Shown: one piece after another, positions 20,101 to 28,632 of the stretch
How positions within the stretch are numbered: position 1 is the first letter of the stretch
Layout: each line of letters starts with the position of its first letter
NCBI GenBank assembly: GCA_963677485.1
Contig: OY781964.1
Span: 3,232,001-3,296,000 of the forward strand
DNA from: Armatimonadota bacterium
Lineage (GTDB): Bacteria > Armatimonadota > HRBIN16
Length of the DNA stretch: 64,000 bases
Direction: 5' to 3'
The notes under the pieces: generated by a model
The model's database searches: none
Seen by the model: only the letters and a program-made list of their open reading frames with translations
Told to the model about the DNA's origin: nothing
Made by a program: the position numbers and the translations under genes

Positions 20101-20629
20101 GCAGCAGCAGGTGGTACCCCCAGACCCGGGCTTCTGGAAAGGCCCCGATGACCTGAGTGCCACGGTGAGCTGGATGTATGATAATAATAACCTGTATATG
20201 GCATGCAGGGTCAAAGATGACATCCATAGGAACATCGAGCCGATGGCAAAAATCTGGGCCGGGGACAGCATGCAGATCGCCTTCGCGAACGCGCAGTTCC
20301 CCTATGGCTACACCGAACTGAGTGTGGGACTGTCCAGCATTGATGGCAGCGGCCAGTGGGTCGGTGTGGGAGCGGGTAACGGCAAGCCTCTGCCAGGCAT
20401 GAAGGTGGTCGTCAAACGGCTGGATGGCGTGACCAACTATGAAATGGCGATCCCGATGGCGTCGTTGAGCAGTCTGTCGATCGTACCGGGCTCATTGGTC
20501 CGCGTGGCGTTCATCGTCAACGATGTGGACCAAACCGCGCGCAAGTGGATCGGCTTCAAAGTGCCCGGGTTGATCGGTGCGGTCAAGGAGGGCAGCCAGA
20601 TGCCGGTGATGCTGTTGAAAGCGAAATAG
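17117..20629 (+). CDS. Secreted multidomain glycoside hydrolase (clan GH-A, GH39-like) with N-terminal CBM-like and C-terminal CBM9-like domains
   Basis: Signal peptide (AHA-Q); YEIGNEPD (acid/base), FHPY, IWLGEIGY (nucleophile); PVIDGELGEW...YD-NNLY...VKDD...GDSMQIAF (CBM9-like). Confidence 0.8.
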   Translation: MRKLPAILVILLAFMCINTAHAQQIIPLQAEGMPASWVFGNGGEFPGAKGGLKHDSRTVTLDYDFTGGGAYVCANYNGITPPQTESFSISVNPEQRCHMSYRTTDTNGRVFQGATSTLEANQPQTITMPCRGSWQSAWGGAKPTDQPEQPFQILWILAYNEPGMSKTGRVVLSELKAISTAVEPVEMLGAKRPTSPFGSAKLELLKDNWCVFPKERKLGRNRVLMGYNEPGEAENDARDLRIISPQGETITGMWGRIQVTGEPEYVTPTDFPIQSREQQEHLIWQWTQLDQRLGFQQMVHTDVSEGGVNSTIYVRFLKPHKGTIRMPFALPNGQVDMLAGAGSAQNPYTKVLFPSQVSRLDYQGVDGVISTHIVCANPSGVSLSIEPKLFSHVFRRELRMAVLELTPPTNGVFPAGYVNAVQLRVGYPAETPLPKQIAAPNWPDRIDVAFMERDNAKGWTLARVNQPRVYTPGEVKQLGVSLYQAGQNTRKLTLKAELRDYTNRLVWHSDDVLSLMARTPTQRVLKLPVKAKGIYSLSVKVLEAGSVHGERLCRIAVVPKPAVITAEKSYFGIDPVFYEGSDENIRFLRKIGVRWLRLGGGVWYPAEGDRAFLTKLRQYDIGSFLLINSPEEVRPASYNDLIDYYEIGNEPDAWITPEDYAGLAARVAEKIRQVNPKTKILACSVSGGDSDGGFAFTKRLLAAGGAKSCEIIPFHPYAGIRAFGPELEPVSPEDNSMYEKLMEASQLTKQQNLEIWLGEIGYLMVNGYRQPRASFHEYEKSFANTLTRLMLISRTSPGMKRVIWFHLCSDDTPLRLYPTYQSTYDNLGPNNNITPNLAAYANLASLTDGGQFVRKLKLTNPKLWGVQIRQGTRDVLALWSSKGQIKLNWPGKEDIHTVSMVGTDGLLKPQRGQMNLTLSEEPVYLLVPSSKAAGLVKSIESATLSVLKPVVAGMANAKSSANLKPDIIATRASKPPVIDGELGEWGNASSVVLDRQQQVVPPDPGFWKGPDDLSATVSWMYDNNNLYMACRVKDDIHRNIEPMAKIWAGDSMQIAFANAQFPYGYTELSVGLSSIDGSGQWVGVGAGNGKPLPGMKVVVKRLDGVTNYEMAIPMASLSSLSIVPGSLVRVAFIVNDVDQTARKWIGFKVPGLIGAVKEGSQMPVMLLKAK

Positions 20630-20733
20630 AATATTGGTGCGAAACCCGATGTGGCAGGGTGAATTTGCAGGGATTTTCGAACTGTGGCACTAACTATACT
20701 TCATGAACGCATTGCCATCACAGGAGGCAACGT

Positions 20734-22527
20734 ATGCCACACAAGCTGATGCTCGCAGCTGCATTTCTGGCGATTCTTTGGCAATCCTGCGCGTACGCGG
20801 CGGATACCGCAAAAACTGGAGGTAAACTCAAACCTATGCAAGGAAACTCAGTGATACAGGGCAACCCATGGCCCGCCATCGACGAACTCGGGCGCACTCT
20901 GCCGTTAAACGGTGAGGTGCCTGCACCGCGTGAAGGTAAATTCGTGGGCATCTTCTATTTCCTCGTCCATAGCGACACTAAGGAAGTGGGCAACCCCGAC
21001 GGTGGCCCCTACGATCTATCCAAAATCCTGGAGAAAGACCCGGATGCTCTGAAGCACCCCGATTCTCCATACTGGTCGCCCATCAGCGGAACCAGCTATT
21101 ACTGGGGTGAGCCGCTTTATGGTTACTATCTGAGCACAGATGAGTGGGTGATCCGCCGCCATGCCAAGCTGTTGGCTGAGGCCGGTGTGGATACGCTGAT
21201 TTTTGACACCACCAATGCGGTCACCTACAAAGATGTGTATATGACCATATGCAAGGTGTTTACGCAGATTCGAAAAGAAGGTGGGCAAACCCCGCAGCTT
21301 TGCTTCATGGTCAACACCGAGGCCGGTAAATCCGCGCTGGAAATCTACAACGATCTGTATAAGCCGGGCCTGTATAAACCGCTCTGGTTTATGTGGGAGG
21401 GCAAACCCCTAATCATCTGCGACCCCAAAGAGGCGCTGCCGGAATACAAAGAGTTCTTCACGCTGCGCCGGGCGCACTGGCCCTTCACCATGGAGAACAC
21501 CGAGAACGCCTGGCACTGGGAGGCCACCTACCCGCAGCCATATGGCTACACCACCGACCCCAAGGTGCCCGAGCAGGTCAACGTCTCTGTGGCAGCCAAT
21601 TTGAGCTCCGTAGATGGCTCCGTGACCAACATGAGCAGCGGAATCGCCCGCGGTCGCGGCTTCGCGAACGGCTATCTGGACCACTCCAAGGAGGCGATCG
21701 ACTCCGGTCTGAACTTCCAGGAGCAGTGGCAGCGTGCGTATGAACTTGACCCGCCGTTTGTGATGATCACCGGCTGGAACGAGTGGCAGGCTGGCCGATG
21801 GCACTGGGGCGAGGACTGGGTGTTTGTCGATCAATACAACCAGGAATATTCGCGTGACATCGAACCGGCGAAGGCCAGCCACGGCGACAACTTCTACAAC
21901 CAGATGGTGGCGGGCATCCGCAAGTATAAAGGCGCGCCGGCTCTGCCGAAGGCGTCTTCACCGATCACCATCGACATCGAAGGCGACTTCAGTCAGTGGT
22001 CGCGAGTTCAGCCTGAGTATAAGCAAACGGTGGGCGAAGCCAAGCCGCGCAAGTTCCTGGGCTCCAACGGCACCTCCTATGCCGACAGCTCATTGCGTAA
22101 CCAGTTTGCCAGCATGAAGGTGGCACGCGACGGTAATTACCTCTACTTCATGGCGGAGATGGCCGGTCTCTTGACGCCTCATGCCGCGGGCACATGGCTG
22201 CTGTTGGACACCAACCAGGCCAAAGGCAGCGGCTGGGAAAGCTACGACTACCTGGTTCGCAGCGATGCTTCCACCGGTGAGATGTGGCTGGAAAAGAGCA
22301 CTGGCGGATGGAACTGGCTGCGTGTGCACAAGCTGGATTTCACTGTGCAAGGTAATCGGCTGATGGTGGCTGTGCCGAAAGAGGCCCTTGGCTTGACCAC
22401 GAACAGCTTCACCGTGGACTTCAAGTGGGCTGACAACCTGCAGAAGCCCGGCGAGGTTCTGGACTTCTACGTCAGTGGTGACGTGGCCCCGATCGCCCGC
22501 TTCAACTACCGCTACAGCGCAAAATAA
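20734..22527 (+). CDS. Secreted GH71/GH99-like glycoside hydrolase, paralogue 1
   Basis: VGIFYF, YWGEPLYGYY, AGVDTLIFDTTN, MITGWNEW, YSRDIEP; signal peptide. Confidence 0.75.
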   Translation: MPHKLMLAAAFLAILWQSCAYAADTAKTGGKLKPMQGNSVIQGNPWPAIDELGRTLPLNGEVPAPREGKFVGIFYFLVHSDTKEVGNPDGGPYDLSKILEKDPDALKHPDSPYWSPISGTSYYWGEPLYGYYLSTDEWVIRRHAKLLAEAGVDTLIFDTTNAVTYKDVYMTICKVFTQIRKEGGQTPQLCFMVNTEAGKSALEIYNDLYKPGLYKPLWFMWEGKPLIICDPKEALPEYKEFFTLRRAHWPFTMENTENAWHWEATYPQPYGYTTDPKVPEQVNVSVAANLSSVDGSVTNMSSGIARGRGFANGYLDHSKEAIDSGLNFQEQWQRAYELDPPFVMITGWNEWQAGRWHWGEDWVFVDQYNQEYSRDIEPAKASHGDNFYNQMVAGIRKYKGAPALPKASSPITIDIEGDFSQWSRVQPEYKQTVGEAKPRKFLGSNGTSYADSSLRNQFASMKVARDGNYLYFMAEMAGLLTPHAAGTWLLLDTNQAKGSGWESYDYLVRSDASTGEMWLEKSTGGWNWLRVHKLDFTVQGNRLMVAVPKEALGLTTNSFTVDFKWADNLQKPGEVLDFYVSGDVAPIARFNYRYSAK

Positions 22528-22534
22528 CCGTGAT

Positions 22535-22568
22535 CTGCGGGCGTCCATCTGAACGGATGGACGCCCGC
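22535..22568 (+). terminator. Strong hairpin after GH paralogue 1
   Basis: tgcgggcgtccatc-tgaacg-gatggacgcccgca. Confidence 0.6.
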
Positions 22569-22668
22569 AAGGCATATGGTTCGTAGCCCACGATGCCAAT
22601 CTCGGGTTATTGGTAGGGCTGAAAGCCTCAGGCCATTGACCAATAGTGTAGTACCCATGGTAGATATC

Positions 22669-22890
22669 GTCCGGGCACCCACGAAGTGGGTAGCAACTCT
22701 TATAGCCAGGGGTGAGCGAAGCGATACCCCTGGTAAGTCGGACACCATTCCTACCCCGAAGTGGGTCGCACTCCATTGGATCCACAGAAGACCCCTGTTC
22801 GGGGTAGATATATCGGGGCTGCCCTCCACGGGTTTCGCTGGCGCTCACCCGTGGCTATAAGAATCTTGCCCACTTCGTGGGTGTCCGGAC
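22669..22890. repeat. About 220-bp element with terminal inverted repeats (REP doublet/MITE-like, family B)
   Basis: Left end gtccgggcacccacgaagtggg, right end cccacttcgtgggtgtccggac; inner arms tcttatagccaggggtgagcg / cgctcacccgtggctataaga. Confidence 0.85.
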
Positions 22891-23084
22891 TAGCAGATGT
22901 ACATAACTTGGTCTGTCTATACCATCACCTGTAACTAAACCCAATAAACGACTGGAGCTTTCAACCCGCGGCAGGCTTGCGATCGTTAATAATGACATCT
23001 GGTCTCCTCCCCAGCCAGAAGGTATCGGCAGCCTTCACGGCTAAACCTAATCTGACACAGCACAGCCACCAGAGGTGATGACCA

Positions 23085-24881
23085 ATGAACGCGACGCACC
23101 TGTTTCTGGCCGCAGCGGCAGCCCTGCTCATGCAGTCATGCAGCGTAGCCCAAAGTAATACCACAACATCCGGAGGCAAAACACCCAAAATGTATGGCAA
23201 ATCCGTGAACACCGGTAATCCCTGGCCGGCCATCGATGAGCTCGGCAGGAAGCTGCCCCTCGAAGGGGAGGTGCCCGCACCGCGTGAAGGCAAATTCGTC
23301 GGCATCTTCTATTTCCTTTGGCACAACGACACCAGTGATGTGGGCAACCCGGACGGCGGTCCTTACGACCTCACCAAGATAATAGCCAAAGATCCCAACG
23401 TTCTGAATAACCCCAACTCACCATACTGGTCACCGATAAATGGGCAGAGTTACTACTGGGGCGAACCGCTTTACGGCTACTATCTCAGCACGGACGAGTG
23501 GGTGATCCGCCGTCATGCGAAACTGCTGTCTGAGGCCGGTGTGGACACGTTGATTTTCGACACCACGAACTCAGGCACATACAAAGATGTGTATATGACG
23601 CTCTGCAAGGTGTTCACTCAGATACGTAAAGAGGGTGGGCATACCCCGCAGATTTGCTTCATGGTCAACACCGGAGCAGGTGAGAGAGCGATGCAGATTT
23701 ACAACGACCTGTATAAGCCTGGCCTCTACAAACCGCTCTGGTTCATGTGGGATGGCAAGCCGCTGATGATCTGCGACCCCAAGCTCGCGATGGCGGAATA
23801 CAAAGACTTCTTCACCCTGCGCCGGGCCCACTGGCCGGTGGTGATGGAGAACACCGAGAACGCATGGCACTGGGAGGCCACCTACCCGCAGCCTTACGGC
23901 TACACCACCGACCCCAAAGTGCCAGAGCAGGTGAACGTGGCCGTGGCACAGAATCTGAGTGCCATCGACGGCAAGGTTGCCGATATGAGCAGCGGTCACG
24001 CCCGCGGGCGCGGTTTCGCCAACAAGGTCGCCGATCATTCGCAAATAGCCATCGATTCTGGGGCGAATTTCAATGAGCAGTGGCAGCGCGCCTACGAACT
24101 GGACCCGCCGTTTGTGATGATCACCGGCTGGAACGAGTGGTGGGCTGGCAGATGGCAGCGCGGCAAGAACTGGGTGTTTGTGGACCAGTATAACCAGGAG
24201 TATTCGCGGGATATCGAGCCGGCGAAAGCCAGCCACGGCGATAACTTCTACAACCAGATGGTGGCCGGGATCCGCAAATACAAGGGTGCCGCGCCGATTC
24301 CCGAGGCGTCTGGTGCGAAGAGCATCAAGATCGAGGGCGGTTTCGATCAGTGGGATGGCGTCAAACCGGAATACAAGGTTCCTGTGGGTGTGAGTTCGCC
24401 CCGCGAATACGCTGGTCAGAACGGCACGCATTACACCAACGCCACCCAGCGTAACCAGTTCGCCACGATGAAGGTGGCGCGTGACAGTAGGAACCTCTAT
24501 TTCATGGCGGAAACCACCCGGATCATGGCCCCGCACGCAGCCGGCACCTGGCTGTTACTGGATGTGAACCAGACCAAGGGCAGCGGCTGGGAGGGCTACG
24601 ACTACATGGTGCGCAGCGATGCCGCCACAGGCGAAATGTGGCTGGAGAAGAGCACCGGCGGCTGGAACTGGCAGCGCGTGCAGAAGCTGGAATACAGCCT
24701 GCAGGGCACGCGGCTGATGTTTGCGGTGCCCAAGCAGGCACTGGGTCTGACCGCCAGCGGCTACACCGTGGACTTCAAGTGGGCCGATAACCTGCAGAAG
24801 CCCGGTGAGATCATGGACTTCTACGTCAGCGGCGATGTGGCCCCGATCGCGCGGTTCAACTACCGCTACAGCGTCAAGTAG
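23085..24881 (+). CDS. Secreted GH71/GH99-like glycoside hydrolase, paralogue 2
   Basis: Colinear with and highly similar to 20734..22527 (e.g. identical ENTENAWHWEATYPQPYGYTTDPKVPEQVNV). Confidence 0.75.
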   Translation: MNATHLFLAAAAALLMQSCSVAQSNTTTSGGKTPKMYGKSVNTGNPWPAIDELGRKLPLEGEVPAPREGKFVGIFYFLWHNDTSDVGNPDGGPYDLTKIIAKDPNVLNNPNSPYWSPINGQSYYWGEPLYGYYLSTDEWVIRRHAKLLSEAGVDTLIFDTTNSGTYKDVYMTLCKVFTQIRKEGGHTPQICFMVNTGAGERAMQIYNDLYKPGLYKPLWFMWDGKPLMICDPKLAMAEYKDFFTLRRAHWPVVMENTENAWHWEATYPQPYGYTTDPKVPEQVNVAVAQNLSAIDGKVADMSSGHARGRGFANKVADHSQIAIDSGANFNEQWQRAYELDPPFVMITGWNEWWAGRWQRGKNWVFVDQYNQEYSRDIEPAKASHGDNFYNQMVAGIRKYKGAAPIPEASGAKSIKIEGGFDQWDGVKPEYKVPVGVSSPREYAGQNGTHYTNATQRNQFATMKVARDSRNLYFMAETTRIMAPHAAGTWLLLDVNQTKGSGWEGYDYMVRSDAATGEMWLEKSTGGWNWQRVQKLEYSLQGTRLMFAVPKQALGLTASGYTVDFKWADNLQKPGEIMDFYVSGDVAPIARFNYRYSVK

Positions 24882-24886
24882 TTCCA

Positions 24887-24914
24887 TCCCAAGGGGCGGG
24901 TCACCGCCCCTTGG
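24887..24914 (+). terminator. Hairpin after GH paralogue 2
   Basis: ccaaggggcgg-gtca-ccgccccttgg. Confidence 0.55.
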
Positions 24915-25086
24915 TGGGTGGGGAGGGGGGGAGGGGAAGATTGCCATCGATGAAATAACAGACCGGAAACCCCGACATTCGGGGCAAGGGACACAGATTG
25001 TTTTATAATCTAAGCAGGTACGAGCAGAAGGATTGCTTTAAGCCTTCATGCTGCGGGTATGAGGTCTACCGGTAAGGGAGTAAGTC

Positions 25087-26430
25087 ATGAAAATCACTCG
25101 GGTCAATGTGGGAAATATTCGAGGCATCTCAGACCTAACCATCGACATGGGATACCCTTTAACGGTGATAGCCGGTGTGAATGGTGCTGGGAAAAGCACG
25201 GTAGTAGACTCCATTGCGGTGATGCTATCTTGGTTTACTGCGCGGATTGGCAGCACAAAGTCGAGAGGACGCGAACTTCGCAAGGACACCGATATCAGTA
25301 ATAACGCCATATTTGGCGGGATTAGGTTAACTCTTCAAGTTGCCAATGGTGGTATAGATACAGCAATCACCATCAAACAAATCGTGCTTAAGAGAGGCAC
25401 GAGGTTGGAGGGCGATCGCAAGCCGGAAGATTTTGATTACTCAGATTATAAACCCATGATGCCGTACGTCAATTCCATCCAGGATGCGATCACAGCGACC
25501 AACTACCAATGCTCGGTTCCTGTTCTAGTCTACTACCCGGTTAATCGGGCAGTGCTAGATATCCCGTTGAGGATAAGGGAACGACACCAAGATGATCTGC
25601 TCAGTGTATATGACGAGGCACTCACCAGCGGAGCGAATTTCCGACGTTTTTTTGAATGGTTTCGTAATCGCGAAGATATTGAGAATGAGAACTACCGGCT
25701 TTACGGGCCGGAGGTGAATCACAGCGATACCGATTTCCCAGATCGGCAGCTTCAAGCTGTTCGACAAACGCTTGCCAAGATACTGCCGGACTATTCGGGT
25801 CTTGAGGTTCGACGAAATCCACTCCGGATGGTTGTGAAAAAACTAGGTGTAGAACTTCAAATCAACCAACTATCGGATGGGGAAAAGTGCCTGATCGCGA
25901 TGATAGGCGATTTGGCCAGACGCCTAGCCATCGCCAACCCTACGCTAGTTGACCCCCTCGCCGGCGAAGGTATTGTGTTGATCGATGAAATCGACCTTCA
26001 CCTCCATCCCGACTGGGAACGCCGCATTCCGTCGCTATTAACGGAGACTTTCCCAAATTGTCAGTTTATAGTCACCACTCACAGTCCGCAGGTTCTTGGC
26101 GAGATTGATCCGCAGAATATCCGGTTGATGTCTAGGGATGATAAGGGCAACATTATCTGCACCATCCCCGAGCAGAGTTTCGGATTAAGCACTAACCAGA
26201 TCATTGACGAGTTGATGATGCCTGATACATTTAAGGGCACGATTCTTTCCCGCAACCCGGAAGTTGAAGCCAAGCTGAATGAAATGGCTGAGCTGGTCGA
26301 TCAGGAACGCTATGACGAAGCACGCAAAACCATCGCTGACTTAAAGATGATGGTGCATGGCTCACTTCCCGATATTGTGAGTGCAGAGACAATGATGGAA
26401 CTGATGGAGCCGGGGCATGATTCCAATTGA
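25087..26430 (+). CDS. ptuA: Septu/retron-type PtuA-like ABC/AAA ATPase
   Basis: Walker A GVNGAGKS, YYPVNR, FFEWFR, signature LSDGEK, Walker B LIDEIDLHLHP, H-loop TTHSP; overlaps the HNH gene. Confidence 0.85.
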   Translation: MKITRVNVGNIRGISDLTIDMGYPLTVIAGVNGAGKSTVVDSIAVMLSWFTARIGSTKSRGRELRKDTDISNNAIFGGIRLTLQVANGGIDTAITIKQIVLKRGTRLEGDRKPEDFDYSDYKPMMPYVNSIQDAITATNYQCSVPVLVYYPVNRAVLDIPLRIRERHQDDLLSVYDEALTSGANFRRFFEWFRNREDIENENYRLYGPEVNHSDTDFPDRQLQAVRQTLAKILPDYSGLEVRRNPLRMVVKKLGVELQINQLSDGEKCLIAMIGDLARRLAIANPTLVDPLAGEGIVLIDEIDLHLHPDWERRIPSLLTETFPNCQFIVTTHSPQVLGEIDPQNIRLMSRDDKGNIICTIPEQSFGLSTNQIIDELMMPDTFKGTILSRNPEVEAKLNEMAELVDQERYDEARKTIADLKMMVHGSLPDIVSAETMMELMEPGHDSN

Positions 26431-27055
26431 TAAACAGACGGAGCCACACGAGCTGACTGAATACCGGCTATCTGGTGGGACCTATGATGATCTCGATGCT
26501 GCCACAAAATCAGCGGTTCGAGACCGATTGCTATCTGAGCAGGGCTTCTTGTGCGCCTATTGTATGGGGCGTATCACGAAAGACAAGATGAAGATCGAGC
26601 ACTGGCACTGCCAAAGCACCTATCCGGGTGAGCAGTTGAGCTATGGCAACTTGCTCGGTTGTTGTATGGGAGGTGAGGGTTGCAGTAGAAGTGGGCAGCA
26701 TTGTGATACGCATAAAGCAGATACCGAGCTTACATACAACCCCGCCCGAGCTCAAGACCACCCCCATCTTGGGATCCGTTATACCACCCGAGGGATGATA
26801 TCTGCTGACAATACTCAGTTTAATGCCCAGATCAACGATGTACTGAATTTAAACTACGTACGCCTAACCGAAAATCGGAAGGCTGTGATAAGAGATACGC
26901 AAAAGTTGCTTGGTATGAAGGCCGGTAGAGTTTCCAAGGCTGAACTAACAAGACTACTGGACCGCTGTATGACTCGAGACAGCAATGAGCAGTTAGTTGA
27001 ATACTGTGGAGTGGTGCAGTATTACCTGAAGAAACGCCTCAAAGCTTTGGCGTAG
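26417..27055 (+). CDS. ptuB: PtuB-like HNH endonuclease (TIGR02646-like)
   Basis: EQGFLCAYC, KIEHW, YGNLLGCC, HCDTHK, LNLN motifs; 14-bp overlap with the ATPase. Confidence 0.85.
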   Translation: MIPIDKQTEPHELTEYRLSGGTYDDLDAATKSAVRDRLLSEQGFLCAYCMGRITKDKMKIEHWHCQSTYPGEQLSYGNLLGCCMGGEGCSRSGQHCDTHKADTELTYNPARAQDHPHLGIRYTTRGMISADNTQFNAQINDVLNLNYVRLTENRKAVIRDTQKLLGMKAGRVSKAELTRLLDRCMTRDSNEQLVEYCGVVQYYLKKRLKALA

Positions 27056-27094
27056 TTGTATGTAGACCCCCGGGGTATACTCTGTGGCCCATTA

Positions 27095-27160
27095 CCACGG
27101 GTATCGCTTCGCTGACCCGTGGCTATAAGAATCATACCCACTTCGTGGGTGCCGGGCTAG
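27095..27160. repeat. Right half of family B element
   Basis: ccacgggtatcgcttcgctgacccgtggctataagaatcatacccacttcgtgggtgccggg matches 22826-22890. Confidence 0.85.
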
Positions 27161-27303
27161 ATCCTGGCTCCTAACCATTTTACTGTCGTTAGTAGCATCG
27201 CGTGAGGTGGCTGCCAAGGTAGCTAAGACCGGTCTGACGAGTAGGACGAGTTGGACAGCCTCCCCTCTTCGCGCCTTCGCGTCTTCGCGTGAGAATCCTT
27301 AAC

Positions 27304-27690
27304 CTACCCCCGCAAAGCACACCGTGCGGCGTGCTGGCAAGCCTCGCTGCGGTTCTCATCACCCGCCAGCTTGTAATACCGTGCGGCCAGGCTGTAGCGC
27401 TCGGCGCGGTGATAAGCCCAGAACTCCGCCTCTGCACTGGCTTCCATGCACTTCGCCGCGGCCAGCATATCGCCTTGTGCCACGTGGTGCTCCGCCATGC
27501 AGCGGTTGGCCTCAGCCGGTTCGGCCGCCATCTGCCAGGCCTCTGCGGCTTTGAGGGGCTCTGCATTGCGTTCGAAGCAGCTCGCGGCCTGCGCATGGGC
27601 TCCGGCTGCGGAGTAGTGCAGAGCGGCTGTGGCGAAGTCGCCTTGTTGCTCTGCCTGCCTGGCGAGTGCCATTAGTTCGGTGTGTGACAT
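27304..27690 (-). CDS. Small Ala-rich alpha-helical repeat (TPR/SNAP-like) protein
   Basis: Repeating A-A-x-x-[YFW]-x-x-A pattern (AALHYSAAG, AASCFER, AAEAWQMA, AARYYKLAG). Confidence 0.65.
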   Translation of the reverse strand: MSHTELMALARQAEQQGDFATAALHYSAAGAHAQAASCFERNAEPLKAAEAWQMAAEPAEANRCMAEHHVAQGDMLAAAKCMEASAEAEFWAYHRAERYSLAARYYKLAGDENRSEACQHAARCALRG

Positions 27691-27889
27691 GTTTTTACCG
27701 TTCTCTCAGCAGGCCGATACAAGGTATAACGTCATGATTGGCAACATAATCTCGATATCAACCTCCAGAATGGCGTATGAACACATTTTACCGGATGTGC
27801 AAGTAACGATGCTTGTGTATAATAGAATTGGTATGGCTATTAATAGCCAGGAACAGCTTTATTTCATGAATACTGGATAATATACAGAT

Positions 27890-28570
27890 TTGCATCCCGA
27901 TACGCCCACCGTTCGTTGCGCGCTATTCGATATCGACGGCACTCTGGTAGATACCGTTGAGGCCATAGTACGCGCACTGCACGATACCTTCAGCAAACAC
28001 CTCCAACTCGACATCTCTCGCGACGTCATACGGCACTCCATTGGCCTCCCACTCAAAACTCAAATGCGGATGTTTGATACTGATGTGTCATTCTCACCCG
28101 ACCACAAGGCCATGGAAGACGATACCGTAATTGCGTATGACCGCTACCGCCATTTGGAGACTCTGTTTACCGAAGCTGTACAAACACTTGATGTCGCCAA
28201 ACAAGCTGGCATCAGTGTGGGGCTAGTGACATCGAAGAACGCTCAAGAGTGTGCTGAATTTCTGCCGCGTATGCATGTGGCGGATAATGCAGACACCGTT
28301 GTATGCTCCTCAGACACAAAGAACCCAAAACCTCATCCAGACCCAGTTCTGGAAGCTATGAAACGGCTGAATGCATCGCCAGATGAGACCATCTACATAG
28401 GTGATGCCACGTACGATATCGAAGCCGGACATCGAGCAGGAGTGAAGGTTGCTGCGGTATGCTGGGGTGCTCACACCCAGGAGATGTTAGAAGCGAAGAA
28501 CCCAGAGTGGTTGTTCAAATCTCCTAATGAGCTGTTATGTTTCTTTGAAAAGCTAGCTGAATCGCGCTAA
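27890..28570 (+). CDS. HAD-superfamily hydrolase (PpaX/phosphoglycolate phosphatase-like)
   Basis: LFDIDGTLVD, VTSK, KPHPDP, YIGDATYDI. Confidence 0.92.
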   Translation: MHPDTPTVRCALFDIDGTLVDTVEAIVRALHDTFSKHLQLDISRDVIRHSIGLPLKTQMRMFDTDVSFSPDHKAMEDDTVIAYDRYRHLETLFTEAVQTLDVAKQAGISVGLVTSKNAQECAEFLPRMHVADNADTVVCSSDTKNPKPHPDPVLEAMKRLNASPDETIYIGDATYDIEAGHRAGVKVAAVCWGAHTQEMLEAKNPEWLFKSPNELLCFFEKLAESR

Positions 28571-28632
28571 TCCGTGGGCATCGGGCCATCCTGCGGCATG
28601 TGCCGCGCCTATACTAAGGAGACATTGCGCCG

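Noticed and set aside
22090-22860. ORFs across the family B element and other repeat regions (e.g. 2306-2542, 40005-40196)
   Set aside because: They arise from GC-rich palindromic repeats or antisense overlap; no coding signature.
24885-27055. Complete retron
   Set aside because: No reverse transcriptase in the window and no convincing msr-msd inverted repeats.
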